Position numbers and translations under genes: made by a program. A stretch of DNA of 64,000 nucleotides. Source: the human T2T-CHM13v2.0 reference genome, Homo sapiens. Position 1 is the first letter of the stretch; each line of letters begins with the position of its first letter. The stretch lies in assembly GCF_009914755.1 (NCBI RefSeq), contig NC_060930.1; one strand, given 5' to 3'. Shown here one piece after another: positions 22,714 through 37,492 of this stretch. The notes under the pieces are model-generated. The model had not been told where the DNA came from. It was given only the letters and a program-made list of their open reading frames with translations, and searched no databases.

Positions 22714-25584
22714 GTAACCTTGGCAGCTCTGCGCTCCTGAGCCCCTCTCTCTCCCCTCTCCTCCTCTTAGGCTCCACCAGTGAATCTGCCTAAACGGCCC
22801 GAGAAGGTGGATCAGTTGGCGAAAGTGGGAATCATACTACTTTTCTGCTTCTCAGAAACTTGCTCCATCTATTTAAGACTTGAGAATTACATTATATTTT
22901 ATGTAAATTATTTTTATTCAATCTGTGTTTGTATAACAAGTGGACATATTTCAAGTATTATTGGAGATTGTTAAATATGCACACTAAGTTCTCTTTCTCT
23001 TTGGGAATTATTAGTATTGGAAGATCCTCAAATTCTCTCCATTTGGTAGTGGTGGAGACAAACATTTCGAATTCACATTTCAGGGGAAATCGCTGGAAGG
23101 GCAGAGCAAGGGGGGTTTGAAGTACTTTTTACATTTAGGGAAACACCTCTAAATGTATGCTCGGAAGTAGCTGCTTCATAAATGCTCTGTGCAGATTGTC
23201 TCTATTGGGAAACTGTTTTAAATGTTTCATGATGTTTAGTTATTTTAACCCATTTTATAATCTCCACAGTAGCGTTCTTAAAAGTCATGCCTGATGATTG
23301 CAGTGGATGAGTAGCCAATGTGTGGAAAATATCAAGAGTGTCTGAGACTGTGCATATCTCCCATGATCTTAGACTCTTCAAGACCCTTGAACCCCCTCCT
23401 CAGGTTCCGTAACTACCTAAAGACAATGAGTACCACTTTTTACATAAAGTGATGTGTATTTCCAGCGACCTGTTACTCTCTGTCACATGTTAAAATGGAT
23501 CTCACGGGAGGATTCCCTCCTTCAGAGACTGCAGGGCGTGGCTTAGCCAGTGTGTATCCCGTGATGCCCCGTGATGCGTTAGGAATGCATGGGACAGCCA
23601 GATCCTTGGTTCTTTCTGATTACATTTTTTCATTTCTTCTGCCTTCCACCTCCTTTCTGGCCTCTCTGTCTTTGAAAGTTCATGTCCCTGTGTCCGGCGG
23701 AACAGCCAGTGAGAGGCTGGGCTCGCCTCCTGTCTGAGCTTCTGCGTCGTTGATTTCTAGGACCTAATTGAAGGGTGACATTCCATGATAATTTCTCTTG
23801 AAAGATTTATGAAAGAGGAACACATAGAAACTAGTGGTAAAAATGAAGGTTTTTAAATAAATAAAATAGCCCTTCCTGATGCTGCGTTGAGTGCTTCTCC
23901 ATCACAGTTTGGTGGATGTTTTACATTCGAGATGAAAGTGAAAAGCTTGCAAACAGCCTGTTAGCTGGAAGCCTCTTCTTTCCCTAATTTCCCTAACCAG
24001 TGCTGGCCCAGGTAACAGAATATTGGGTTGTGACATACTATGTTTTGTCTGACTTGCTGGAATAAAATTACTTGAGAGCATTGAAACCACACAATCAGTT
24101 TTCACCTAATATCAGCAGCGCTCATTTTCCCCGTCTTCCTTTGGACCCCAGAGCCACAGAAACAACCAACAACAAGCAGATGGCCCAGTGCCCTGCCTCA
24201 GAAGATTTATGTATTCCTAAGGAATAGCCAGCTTAATGGAGATTCACAGAGAGGGTTTCTTTCTATTCTTATTATTCAGATAATTCAGCTATTCGTTATT
24301 CCGTACAGAGGAAATCTGTTCAGTGAAAGGCCGTCCATCCTCACGATCTTTTGTATGGGGTGGTAGTGTATTTTTTTACTGCATTGTACATTTTGAAACA
24401 TTGAATTTTTAATAATTTAAACATTTATCCAGTTTTCCTCTACACGTTGATCTGATTTTATCCCACCTTGATTAAGTGAAATGCATAACAGAGGAGGACT
24501 GGCCATTTCACATTGGCTGTGCACCTAGCAGCAGGTACACGTGAATCTGCTGTTACTGCGTTCTGATCTCTCAGAGAGACAGGAGTGACGCAGAGCGTTA
24601 CAGCACAGCCCCTGTGAGCGTTGGGATGCGTCTACCTGACTGCACAAGAGAAGGGCCAGAAATGGTGGGATCACCATCACTCCAGTCTCCTTGGTTTGGG
24701 CCCATGGAGATAAATTACCAGTGATAACAGCAAAGCATTTCTCCATCAAAATATACTTTTGGAGAAAGCGAGGACAGCACAAATGATGGCCAGGTCTGGT
24801 GGTGGAATTTTCTGAACCTCAGCAGCCAGTGCAACCAGCATTCCAGCAATTCTCTTCACCGAGTTCAAACAACTGTGTTGTAGACAGTGTACGGGGCCAA
24901 AAAAAAATCCTCCTGTGTAGTGACAAATTGTTACAGGCTTCAGTGAGCAAGTAATTATTTAAATGGAGTCAGTGTGAGTATAAATGTGACAACTATTTCT
25001 TCACTTAAAATGCCAAGGGAAGGAGGATGGTAAGCAGTGGGAATTTTTCCTTCTAAAGAGCTTTTTTGGTTTTGTTTTGTTTCAATTATTTAGATTAAAA
25101 GGTTAGAATTATGTATTACTGTGGACAAAATTACAAATCACTGTAATACAATACATGTGTGATTGGTTAGGTTTTACTTATTTGTGTTGAATTTTATAAT
25201 ATTCATTAGTCATTTGCACTTGTCTGCATATAAACCGTCATCTTAAAGTGGACATCTAAATTCCAAAAACTTTATCTCCCATCTGTGGTTCTAAGTTTGC
25301 CTCACCAGACGCTACTCTACAAAATGTAGGGCATTTCTCCTACTGCCACCTATAAATAGCACAGGAGCGGCCATATGTGCTGCTGGAACCAGGCTTTCTC
25401 ACAGAGAGCCCTGGGCACATTCCAGAAGTGAGTCCTTCTGCTAACCTAGCACCACTCAGTCCCAAACATGAAGTGTCCCGTTAATGCCCTGCCAGTACAG
25501 GGTATCCCAGCTCCAGCAGGCCTTTACGAAGAAAAAGGCAATCACACTACCACAAAAACTGAGAACCTCCTACCTCTGGACTTC

Positions 25585-25715
25585 CTGCAGTGCTTGTTAA
25601 AACTACCGATTCTGGGGCTCCCTTCAGAATTCTTGAGGTGGGTCCAGGAATCCGCATCCCTGACCACTTCCGCAGGTAGTTTTCATGCATGCAAGCTCAA
25701 GTTTGAGAAGCGCCA
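25585..25715. mobile_element. MER5-like hAT-Charlie MITE fragment
   Basis: gcttgttaaaactaccgattctgggg...ggtgggtccaggaatccgcat...aagtttgagaagc. Confidence 0.55.
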
Positions 25716-28700
25716 ATGTGGAGGTATTTTGCTCAACAGTCTCCTGGCAGATCTGCTGCCAGCTTTGTGGGGCATTAGCTGTTTACCAGATGATTTGCTG
25801 TTTTGAAATTGAAAAAAAGAAAAGATTCACAAAACTACTCCTAGAATATCAATCTTCCAGCTGGATCACTGTTTTCTGTCTTGGGACTTCAGGGTCTCTC
25901 ACAAAGGAAGGTTTGGGTCTTCAGCCTCATTGCGAGGGGCTGGTTGTCCGGGTTGTTTGTAGAGGTTGCTGGGGTGCTCACTTTCATGCTTGCTCTAAGG
26001 TAATGATTTCAAGTGAATTGCTGCCCTCCCACCATATACAAAGGACTTGATAAAAGGGTTTTGATAAGTTATGAAAACCAAATCTCTTAAACTGGGGGAA
26101 AATAGATCCTGAGATTATGCCAAAGTATGTGGATGGCTCCAGACTCTGTAGGTGGCTGGGGGAGCTGGTTTCCTTGGAAAGCCACCCAGCATGGCCAGTG
26201 TCCTGGGGGTGGCCACAGTGGGGAGGGGGCGCTGATGGCAATGATGGGGTATGCAGGGCCTCCAGGGTACTCGCTGGCCCCACTCTGTGCCATGGAGGGT
26301 CCTCCCGGTCAGGGCTGTCAGGGCCTTGCGTATCCAATGAGAGCAGTGCGTCTCCCGAGCCGTTCTTAGATCCTGTGTGTGTTACCTTCACAGTGGACTT
26401 TCTGTCTTGGCACATGTAAACATAGTCATGAACATCCGCGGATGTACATAGATCAGCCCTCTGTGTTTTCAAAAACAAGAAATCAAATATTTTGCAGTCT
26501 GGTATATTACCATGAAATGAAAAGAACTGTGCATTTCTGACCTATTTCACCATCTTCTGGAAATGATTTTGCAGACTTGTAAGGAGACTGAGTAAAGGAA
26601 GAGGAAGAAAGCAGGCATGAGTGTTGAAGTTCGGTTTGACTCATGTCATGTGTTCTTTACGTTCCTTTTGAATATATTAAATCCAGTGTGGAATAGCTGC
26701 CTTAGGACCTTGACCCACACTTACTTTAAGAAATCGTTCTAGTTCTTAAATTTCAATGGTAAAGCCAGAGGCTGGTGCTTGAAAAGTATTTACAGTGCTC
26801 AGGCAGCACTTTCTGCAGTTACAGATTCTTTACTGCCCCTTTTTATGTCTGAACTTTACATACTGGATTACTCGTGTCAATAGGAGAAGGAACAGTGCCT
26901 TGATTTAACACGTCCTTGTAATAGTCGTGGTCCTTCTCTTCTGGGAAAGGAGAAGAAATAGTGCCCCTGGAGTCCCATTGCCTTGGGAGGCATATGGCTC
27001 GTTTCAGTGATTCCTTGAGAATTCTGGTAAGAAGTCAAAAATAAGCATTTAAATAAAAAGAATAGTAAAAACCACAGTAAGGAAAGAGCTTCTGATCCAT
27101 TTAGTAAAATAAAACATACATTTTATAAGGTAGAAATATTAAATAGAACCATTTATTACTCTAAATTCTATCCTTATTTATCTCTCAAAATAATAGAACA
27201 GTGCCACTTTTGATAATTTTTCTATTTGCACACCCAAAATGCCTGTTTTAAAATATATAATAGAGAATGAAGAAATTTGGGGAATTTCAGACCAACAATG
27301 TGTTTATATTCATGTAAGTCTGATTTTCAAATCAGTGTAAATTGTCAGTAATTTCCATAATACATATTGGCCTAGTTCTGTATGCTTACAAGTTGCGTTT
27401 GTGTACGCTAGCACATTTAATGCGTAAAATAGAATCTTACTATTCCTGCCTTCAAAATAATATTCATACATAATTTATTGTAAATACTGACAAAACTACC
27501 ACTTAAAACCATTGGAGAAGCTCGATGCCACAGAAGCCATGTGCCCATGACTTTACCACTTTCTCTGGAATTGTTTTGGCTGTCATTCCTTTGAACCCGC
27601 TCTGAATCAACTAGCCAGGACATGTGGACTCGCATACATAAGCCCCTCTTTTCGCACTCATCCTGCTCTTTTATCCTTCTATTCTTCTGAAAAGGGTGTT
27701 TTTTAATGTACAGGTTTACTAATTCATATCTCGTTAGACCCCAGAGACAAAACTGCGTGGAAGCAGTCCAGTCCACTGCTTTGAACAAGGCGGTCTTCGC
27801 GGTGTAATATCTCTCAGCTGCTTGAGGTTTCACACATTCACAAAAATAACAGCATTTTTAGCTGATCCCAATAGATTTTTCTCTGCAGCTGCATCACTTG
27901 AAAAAGCTTTTTGTTCCAGTTCTTAAAGTCTAAGTATTGAAAGTAATTTGAAAAAAAGAAAAACATCCCAATTATGATTTGTGTGTGTTGTGATGACTTC
28001 AAGGACTGACTGGGCTGCAAATGGGCTTTGAAAAACAAGCCAATGCGCCCGTGGAAAAGACGGGATTTCAAAGTGTATTGTTGAGTGTGCTGATGTAAAC
28101 TCATGGGCACGTGGCAGGGCAGGCTTTTTTGGCAGGACCTGTGGTCTCAACCTGCAGTGATGCTAACGATATTAGCAAATTAGCACCACAAAGCTTGCCA
28201 GCTAATTCACCAGAGCCTGCTCACTCTCTCACTGCTGTAATTAAAACTAATTATTTTCTAAAACATAGTAATACATGAATATGTGCAATAATCATTTTGT
28301 AGTGGGCAATCTGCGGAGCCTTTTTTAAAGCTTTTTTTTTTTTTCTTGGCACATAACGCTACATGTGTCCCGCCTTGGTTGAGCCAGCACTTTCATTTGC
28401 AGAATGTAGAATGGGCCCTGTTCATCAAACCTCAGGTTTATTTTCATTTGAAATAGGCCTGGTTTCTGGTTCTTCCCACTCATGTATAAGGCTCATCATT
28501 CTCTCCCGTCTCTCTCCTTCCCTCTCTTCCTCACTCTGACTCTTCACATCTGGTTGGTGCCTCACTCGCAGCCCCTGCAGCCCAGTGTTGCGCAGATGGT
28601 TTTCACAGTGGGGTTCTGTAGAAATTCAGCTGTTATTCCCTGGATAGCTACACTGATTCCTTACTCTAGTCTTGTTCTTCCACTAAAAAGAAATCTAAAC

Positions 28701-29535
28701 CCATATTTTTAACCTGAAAATGTCTGCTGTATCTGCAATGAATGTGGAGAAATCAGTTGTTCTATGGTGAACCTTTGATGCTAAAGCCTAAATAGAATTG
28801 ATTGGATTTCTGAGCCTAGTGCTAGAAAATGTGGTGTTGACTCTGGAGCTGCTGTGGGCCTCTGACCTGGGCATTGAGCTGCTGTAAGGGTTGATGACCA
28901 CAGGCTCTCAGACAGACTGAAAGGATCCCAGCACAACTGCAAAGTAATCAGAAATCCTTTCCTTCCAAAATTTATTTTTAATTATATTGTTTTTGAAGCC
29001 ATCTGCTGTGATTGTCTTCCCTTATTGTTGACTAGACTACGTGCAATAGATAAGGTTTTCAAAAGAAACACTGTGAAATGTCAAATAATTTTGCAAACTA
29101 TAGATTATTTGCACTTATGAAATTGAGAAGGCACTAAATCCTCTAGGACCTAGGTAGAAAATACGCACACCCAGTATTTGCCTCCAACTCCTGATTAGTA
29201 ATTTAAACATTTGCCTTATTTCCACTTGTTGCCTACTCTTTTGAAGGTATAATAATTTTGAAAAAATAATATTGATATAAGTTGACCTTCATAGGTTTGG
29301 GTCTTAAGCACACAGAATGACTGCCCTTTTTTTTAGATAAAAAAGGATTTTGCCAGAATGCGGTGCTGTTTGCATTTCAGAAATTAATATGCTCCCCATT
29401 ACAATTTCTTTTTTCTTTTCTTCCTTCAAGGGAAATGCAAGGGCCTCCTGCTTCACTCTGTAACTTGTGTTGGCAGGAGTACAGTCTGACGAATCACACA
29501 TATAATCCTAAACTCTTTCTCCTGTTTTCGATTAG

Positions 29536-29645
29536 CATCTGTGGGTCTTGCAGATATGATGTCTCCTGGTGAATCCAAACTGCCCCTGCCTCTCAAAGCA
29601 GACGGCAAAGAAGAAGGCACTCCACAGCCCGAGAGCAAGTCAAAG
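29536..29645 (+). CDS. ARID1B: ARID1B coding exon, 110 nt (~exon 10): (A)[14 protein letters not shown]...ESKSK
   Basis: ctgttttcgattag| acceptor, AAG|gtactt donor, phase 1 to 0. Confidence 0.93.
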
Positions 29646-30246
29646 GTACTTCCTTCGCCTCTGCACGCGGTGTGAGGTCTGCCTAGCAAAAAGCTGCCAT
29701 GTCGTTCTCTCTTCACTGGTGTTGGCCGACACTTTTTTTTCATTTGGTCTCCTCTGCATGCCTTCATTTTGTGCAACATGTTTGTAGTCTTCTTTTCTTT
29801 CCCCAGCCCCTTCATGGTGTGGATCTGAAAGTTACTAGTTCTTATGGCATTAACTCACGGTTGGGGGAGAGGGGTGGAGGGACAAGACCCACCTAAGAAA
29901 AATGCTTCGGGGTGGGGAGAAGTAGGGGTCCTGCCTGGTTTCGGTACTTGCAGCCATTTTCTCTGCCTTCAGTTTATAGCTTCCTGTTTTGGCCGCCTCA
30001 GCAACAACAACATACTTAATATTTTGCTTTCCTGCCTTATTTGATAAATAAGGTGAACAGCTTTTTTTTTTTCTTTCTTTCATAAGGGGTAACCCATGCT
30101 TAGCATTCCATGTAAGCTTGAAGTAAGCATGGTGGCGTACTGGCCTTCTCCAGCATCCAGCAGACTTACCCAATTATACTAATTAAGAATGTTGTTTTAA
30201 TACCTTTATCTATGTGTGGTTTTGTGTGTTTGTTTGTACATGTCTT

Positions 30247-30277
30247 TATATATATATATATATATATAATATATATA
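30247..30277. repeat. (TA)n microsatellite ~100 nt upstream of the 159-nt exon
   Basis: Read directly. Confidence 0.9.
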
Positions 30278-30374
30278 AAAAAATTAGTTTGTTAAAGTGG
30301 ATGTACTTTTTGTTATTTTAAATAAAGTTTGCCCTACCTTTGTCATTTTTTTTTTTTTTATTCCTCTACCACAG

Positions 30375-30533
30375 GATAGCTACAGCTCTCAGGGTATTTC
30401 TCAGCCCCCAACCCCAGGCAACCTGCCAGTCCCTTCCCCAATGTCCCCCAGCTCTGCTAGCATCTCCTCATTTCATGGAGATGAAAGTGATAGCATTAGC
30501 AGCCCAGGCTGGCCAAAGACTCCATCAAGCCCT
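30375..30533 (+). CDS. ARID1B: ARID1B alternatively spliced exon, 159 nt/53 aa (~exon 11): DSYSSQG...PKTPSSP
   Basis: Poly-T tract plus ccacag| acceptor, CCT|gtaagt donor, symmetric phase 0-0; recalled as present in only some isoforms. Confidence 0.9.
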
Positions 30534-32054
30534 GTAAGTGGCTCTGGTTTTTTTTTGTTTTTTTTGTTTTTTGTTTTTTTGGGGTTTTTTGATAATTAAT
30601 TAATTCTACTTGAATGCTTGCTTGTTTATTTGTTTTGTAAGACTTTTTCTTCATTATTTATCCATGAAAGGGTTTTCTTTATAAATAATAATATTAGTGA
30701 CAAAATGAATAAAGTTTGCGTGCATCAAAGAAGTTGATTTCTGGTAATGAAAAAGCTGTTATAAAGAAGCACCTCTATACAAAGCATGCGAGTGTGTTAA
30801 CTGGGTCCAAACTCCTTCACACAGTGACTTTTTAAAAATGTCTGATCCATTATGCACTTATAGAAGATTCTTCAAATGCGTTACTTCTCCATTTATATGG
30901 GAACTAATAGCAGCCATTGACTGAATGATAAGTTTGGCCCCTGACCTGTATTTTGCATGTTCTATCTATTTCAAAACTGCCTACCTGAAAGAAGTAAATA
31001 CTCAATTTGGGTATGGTTTAGTGTAACATCAGCCCTGCTTTATTTTTAACCCATTTGTCTGAAATTAATAAAAACGTACAAGTTGTTAGTATGTGAATGA
31101 ATTTTTAGTTTAATAATGTGTACCTATGTTAGAATCAGTTGAGATAGAACAATTGTATTCTGCACAAGACTGCTGATAATCTTGAAATTAAGTGTTGATT
31201 TTTGTATGATATATAAATTATAACAAAAATGTCACGGATGTATCAGGGAATTTTGTAAGCCTCAATGTTCTTCTGACCCTAGAAGTGGGCCTTTAGTTTC
31301 CTACTAAAGAAATTCTGTACCATTAGAGAGAAAAAAAAAATGGTGCTGAAGCAACCTTTATTTTACATTCATATAAAGAATCAAAAGATCTTAAAAAAAA
31401 AAAAACAACATGCAATTACTTGCCAAGAAGGCTTAATTAACATGCTCATTTCTGTAAGGCGATGTATTGACGAGCACGGCTCAGGAAGGCAAGTTGGAGG
31501 CAAGAAGACCCTAGCTGTGCAGAATCTGGCAATCTAGTCAAAACCCCAAAAGGAGGCTGCTATTAATTATCCATTCACTGGTTTAAACAGATAGAGCCTG
31601 AAGGCTTGAAGAGTTGGTTGTTCTAGTAAATGTTTGTAAAATTCACATGCAGCTCTAGGATAACCAGCATTTTCCCTTTCAGAGGAGGAAAGGGCGATAT
31701 TCGCTCTTACCTTCTCTGTAGCTACGTTTCGATTTTGCAGCACCCGTGATGAAAGAGAAAGCGCTTCTAGGATGGGTATAGCAGACAGTGCGCTTCTAGG
31801 AGGGGTGCATCCGAACTCGCAGGAAGGGGCGCAACTCCTGCATTTTGATGTCTTTGTGTTATTTGCTTTGAGTCTCAGAAGGCAGCCGACATTGTGTTTT
31901 TCCCTCATAGTCTGCCCTGGTTTTTTGTTTTGTTTTCTTTTTTTAATAGGAAAAGCATTCCTGAATCAGTAATGCTCTCAAGTTAACAGGTAGAATTCAG
32001 ATAACTTCTCAAAAGTATTTGTGTGTTGGCCCAGAGGGAGAATTTCAGAGGTTA

Positions 32055-32399
<345 letters not shown>

Positions 32400-35300
32400 T
32401 TATTAAAAAGAAAGACTAACAATAGACCATATTATATTGTTTAAAACTTTTCATCTTGCTAATTTCATTGACTTATAAAGAAGGCTTGAGATAGTCACAA
32501 TATTTTAATTCACTAGTTAAGATTATCTCCATCCACTGTAGGAGACTTTATCAAAATCTGACTTTCTCCTTTAATGTAAGACAATAGCAAACTGAATTAT
32601 AAACTTTGTTTTCTGATTATAATTAAACTTGAAATTGTGTATTTTTTCTCAATATTTCCATATATATGATCTCTTCCTGTACCATAAATAGTTTTAAGAA
32701 TTTGCAAGCAAACTTCTGGCTCCTGTAGTAGATAGGAACAAGAGAAGCTGAAGTTCACAGTAGTGGAAAATGTCAGATTATTGCTCTGTGTTGAGAAAAC
32801 AGCCACTTTTTTGAATGAGATGCTAATTCAAAAAGGGGAGCAAAAGAGAGTATAATGAAGAACCTAACATTATCTCTGCTATCAAATCACTGCAAATACA
32901 TGCAACCCCGGAATAGTTAACTGCTCTTTCTGAGATGCCGCTTCAATTTGGGCTTAAAATTGCTCTTAATAGTGTCCTTAATAAAGCCTGTCTAACAGCA
33001 GGTCTGGAAAAGGCAAAATGATGAAGATGCTCTATGCTTTGACAGTGTACTGTGGACCAACATTGTTTTGTTACAGAACATTCTAAAATAAAAATAAACA
33101 TTTGTCCATACACATACACATACACATATTACCAGGCATATGGTAAAGACTGCTGAAATGTAAATCTGCCTAAAAGACTTGAGGAAAATGTACTTATAGG
33201 CTTAATTAAAGTATATGCAAGGAAAACATTTGTGGCACCATAATAATGTCTTGCTGTAATTTTACAGCAATTTCCATTCCTTTTTCTTGCCTCCACAAAG
33301 TTTCACAGCAGTAGGATACAATTTTTGCAACACTGAGGCGGTACTAGGTAGGCCTTAGTGACTGGGAAAAGTGAACCCGTCTTTCCGAAGGGCGAGTTTG
33401 TTTGCCTACTGTCAGTGGGAGGAGTGTAAATGAAGACCTTTATCCAAAGCCAGCGTCTATGAACAAGGACAGTATGTTTGGAGCCTGGTCAGTGATGAGA
33501 GTGATAACGTACATGCTCTCTATTCACTAAGTCTTTAATTGCGCTCTGTTCAGACACTAAATATTGGCTGTGGTCATTGCCTGCCCAGTATGCGAACCAT
33601 AAGCTGGGGTGGAGGCGTTGAGTGCTGGCAGCGGACGCAACCTCTTGCTCAGCCTTCAGTCTTACTAGACTGTGCCCACGTTCACTCCACACCTTGCTCG
33701 GTGAAATCCTGTTTATAGGATATTTGAATCAGCTGTTAATTCCTGTTAGCATGTTCCAAGCGTTTCACACCCTTTTTGTCCATTGGAGTAATCACTCATG
33801 GAAAAAAAAAATGCTATCACAGCCCTCCAGCATGCAGAGCACCACGCTAAGTGTTGGTGATCAGCATCCACCCAAACTCTGACTTGTGAAACTTAGGATC
33901 TAGTCGGAAAAGTGGGTGTCAGACAAATAGTTACGTGCAAAACATACAGTTTTACACAGTGTGTGACGTCGTGCTGCAAAGGAAAAGTAAAGCGTGTGGC
34001 AGTGGTGAAACTGAGGCCCTGGTTCAGCTAAGTGAGCCAGCCTCGGGAGGCCTCTTCCGAATTTATCACGTAAACTGAGGCCTGACCGTGTCAGTTCCCT
34101 GCAGATGCAGTTTCCTACATTATGGTGCCATAAAAATGCCTCTTAGAAGATCTAAAAATTATGAAAAAGAACTATTCTCTTAGAAAGTATCTTCATTTAA
34201 TTTTTCCAGTGTTATGACAACAAATTGAGATAGGCACAAGTTAATTAAACTTAAGTTTATTTAACCAAGGAGAGAAAAGTTAATATATAGTCAAACTGTG
34301 TCCATCATTATCTCAGGCCTATTCCAGCTTGTAAGAATCCAGTCCCTTCAGAAGCAAGAACAAGCATTTCTGTGCCCCGTTGCTCTGTTCATGATTCTAT
34401 TCATCCAGAACCACTCCCCAGTTTCAGTTTAGAGAGGACCAAACCAGGAACGGCAGATGGATCTTACAAACAGGATATTGGTTGAGCTAATTGGAGCAAT
34501 TTTAAATTGAAATGATTGCCTTTATTTGTCTTATCTTTAAACTGAATCTCAAACTTTTACCTCAGTTTTTTACAAATAAAATGCAAGAGGGAAGTTGTTT
34601 TACTGTTAACTGATTATAGATTATAATGCCTTTTTCTTCATGTTCTTATTTCAATTTTTCACTTTTGAAAACGTTGGACCCATTTTTTTAAGTGTAACTC
34701 CCCAAAGAAGAAAAAAACTCTATACTAAAATTTAGAAACCTCCTAATAATAACTGTCCCGTTAATAAAAAAGAAAACTCCATACTAAAATTTAGGAACCT
34801 GTTTTTAATAACTGTCCCATTAATGACGGCAGAGCTTCTGAGGTGCTGCCCGGATGAGAGTCTTGTGTAAAGTGTGTTAGAGCAGCCTCTTTTCCTAGTC
34901 AAGTAGGCCTTGGGTACAAGGATATGAAAAATAAGCTTTAAAAATTTATTTGGATATATAGTTTCTATATTCTAAGTGTACATATGGGTTTATAGACATA
35001 TATATATTCACACATATATGAATATGTATACATATATATTTTTTAAGCTCTTATCTAAAGTGGTTTTTAAGTGATGTGAAGTTTAACCTCAGCATCAAAG
35101 TATATTCTAAAATATAAAACAACTATTTTTTATCATTCTACATTTTTTATTTACATCAACTGTATCACCCATTACATATTTGATAAAGAGGTTATGCCTC
35201 AGTAATTCTGAAGCTGAAGGCTTAAAATCTCAGCCCAGTGACTCTGGAGAATCACGTGTTAGTTAAAGGGAAAGCGGCGGCCTCACATGCTGCGTAAGTT

Positions 35301-36496
35301 TCATTCTCAGGCATCCTTTCTGAGGGACCTACTTTTACTGGAGATCATTCTGCTAAATAAGGTAACATCTAGCCTCAATGGCAGTCATGTTAGTTAACCC
35401 CCTAAACCTTCAAAAATATGTTTAAAATTATGTTAAGCTAAATAAAGAAAAAAGGAAAAAAAACTTAAGAATTCTGTCTGTAATAATTTCTCTATATTGC
35501 AAATAATAACCTAGGTATGCATAAATAAAGTAAATTATTGTTCCAAGAAATCTTTATTGAGAACTGAGAAAAGATTTTGTACAATAACCCTAGTATTGCA
35601 AATATTGTAAATATTTTTACAAATACAGAGATATAAATAAGAAAGGGAAGAGATACAGTTGGCCCGCCTAGGGCTAAAAGTGTTACCTGTCCAGATTATG
35701 TAATCCACGGAGTAGGCTTCAGGTGTTCAGAAACGGCAACTCTTGATATTTTAGTGTCAGGTAAAAGCAGGTACATAGAAACCCAAGAACTAGAGTATCA
35801 ATATAAAACACATGAGCATATAAATACATGGGCATAAAAATAAATGTATATGTTTATCCATAAATCCCAAAGCTTTGGTTGACCCTTAGTTTATCTAAAA
35901 AAAAAAAACAAAAAAAAACAAAAAACACACGAGCTTATAGCCCACACCACTGGTTCCCGTGACTGGAAATCTACCTTATATTTTTCAGCAAGCACCGTGT
36001 GGTTGCTCATCCTCCAGATGCTGTAGCATTTTAACGAAGACACCCTTTAGCCATTCTTGTTTTGACAAGGAAAAGTAGGAGTCCATTTAATGTTTTGGGC
36101 TCTATAATATCACATGTAAAAATTTTAATTCACTATGATCATTCCATGAGCTAGAACCCTTTTATTTTTAAAAATAACATGAGGTGTCACTGGAATTTTG
36201 CCTTCTGGGATTCAACGCTTATATCCAAAAAGGGCTTTGTTCTTTTTTGTTTTTGTTTTTAAGTGTATAAAAGGGGGAGTTTGGGCCTTTTATTTAAAGT
36301 AAAAGTAAATTCCTAACTAAGAAAATGTATAGTTTGTGCCTGAACTAGTAGCCTTCATTCCTAATTGTTGTGTGATAGCAGTAGTTTTTAATCTCTTCTC
36401 TTCTTGTATTTGTTAGCTCATTACTTTTTTCTCACCTTCTTCCCTCTCCCTCTGCCCACCCATGCCCCACCTCCACATGCTGCTTCTGGGTACTAG

Positions 36497-36823
<327 letters not shown>

Positions 36824-37492
36824 TGAAAGTCGCCTTCTTGCAACCCACGTCTGTGTGCTGTCAGGGAGCACTGGGGGACCCTGGCTCTGCCACCAACTCG
36901 CAGCGTGACCTCAGCAGGTCATGTTCTTGGACCTCAGTTTCGTCATGTATACAGCGGGCCAGACTAGATTTTCCTGTAGGTTTTCTTACAGCTCCAGAAT
37001 TCTCTGGAATCTGCCAGTAGTTCATAGTAAATACTCAGAAATGTTTTACAAATGACTGAATTAATTATCTGTGTCAGATATAAGTCACATTTACTGCTTC
37101 CCTCTATCCAGAACAGGTTAGCAGGAAAATTAAGTGATACTTGTCAAACCATGCCCACAATAACTGGACAGTTAGGAGGGCCATTGCTGTGACCTCCAGC
37201 GGGCTAGGCCTGAGGTGTGACAGGGGAGCTGCCTGGGGTGCAGATTTAAGGAGCTATCCACTGTGTGCTTGCTTGACTCTCAGAGTGAGTGCGTCCTGAA
37301 GTCTCATACCCCAGGCACCGGCTTTCCTCACTGTAGCCCTCGCTCCTTAATCAGGAGTCTAGTTGTAGGACCACGCCCTGTCATAGGAACAGGGAAAAGG
37401 TACTCACTGTGTAACCTTTGTCTTTCTAAATACATGAGTCACCAGCCCCAAAGCATAGATGAGAAAACTCCTGTGTAACAAAATCAAGTACA

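Noticed and set aside
33251-33270. Palindrome ttgctgtaa-tt-ttacagcaa
   Set aside because: Short and isolated; no supporting context
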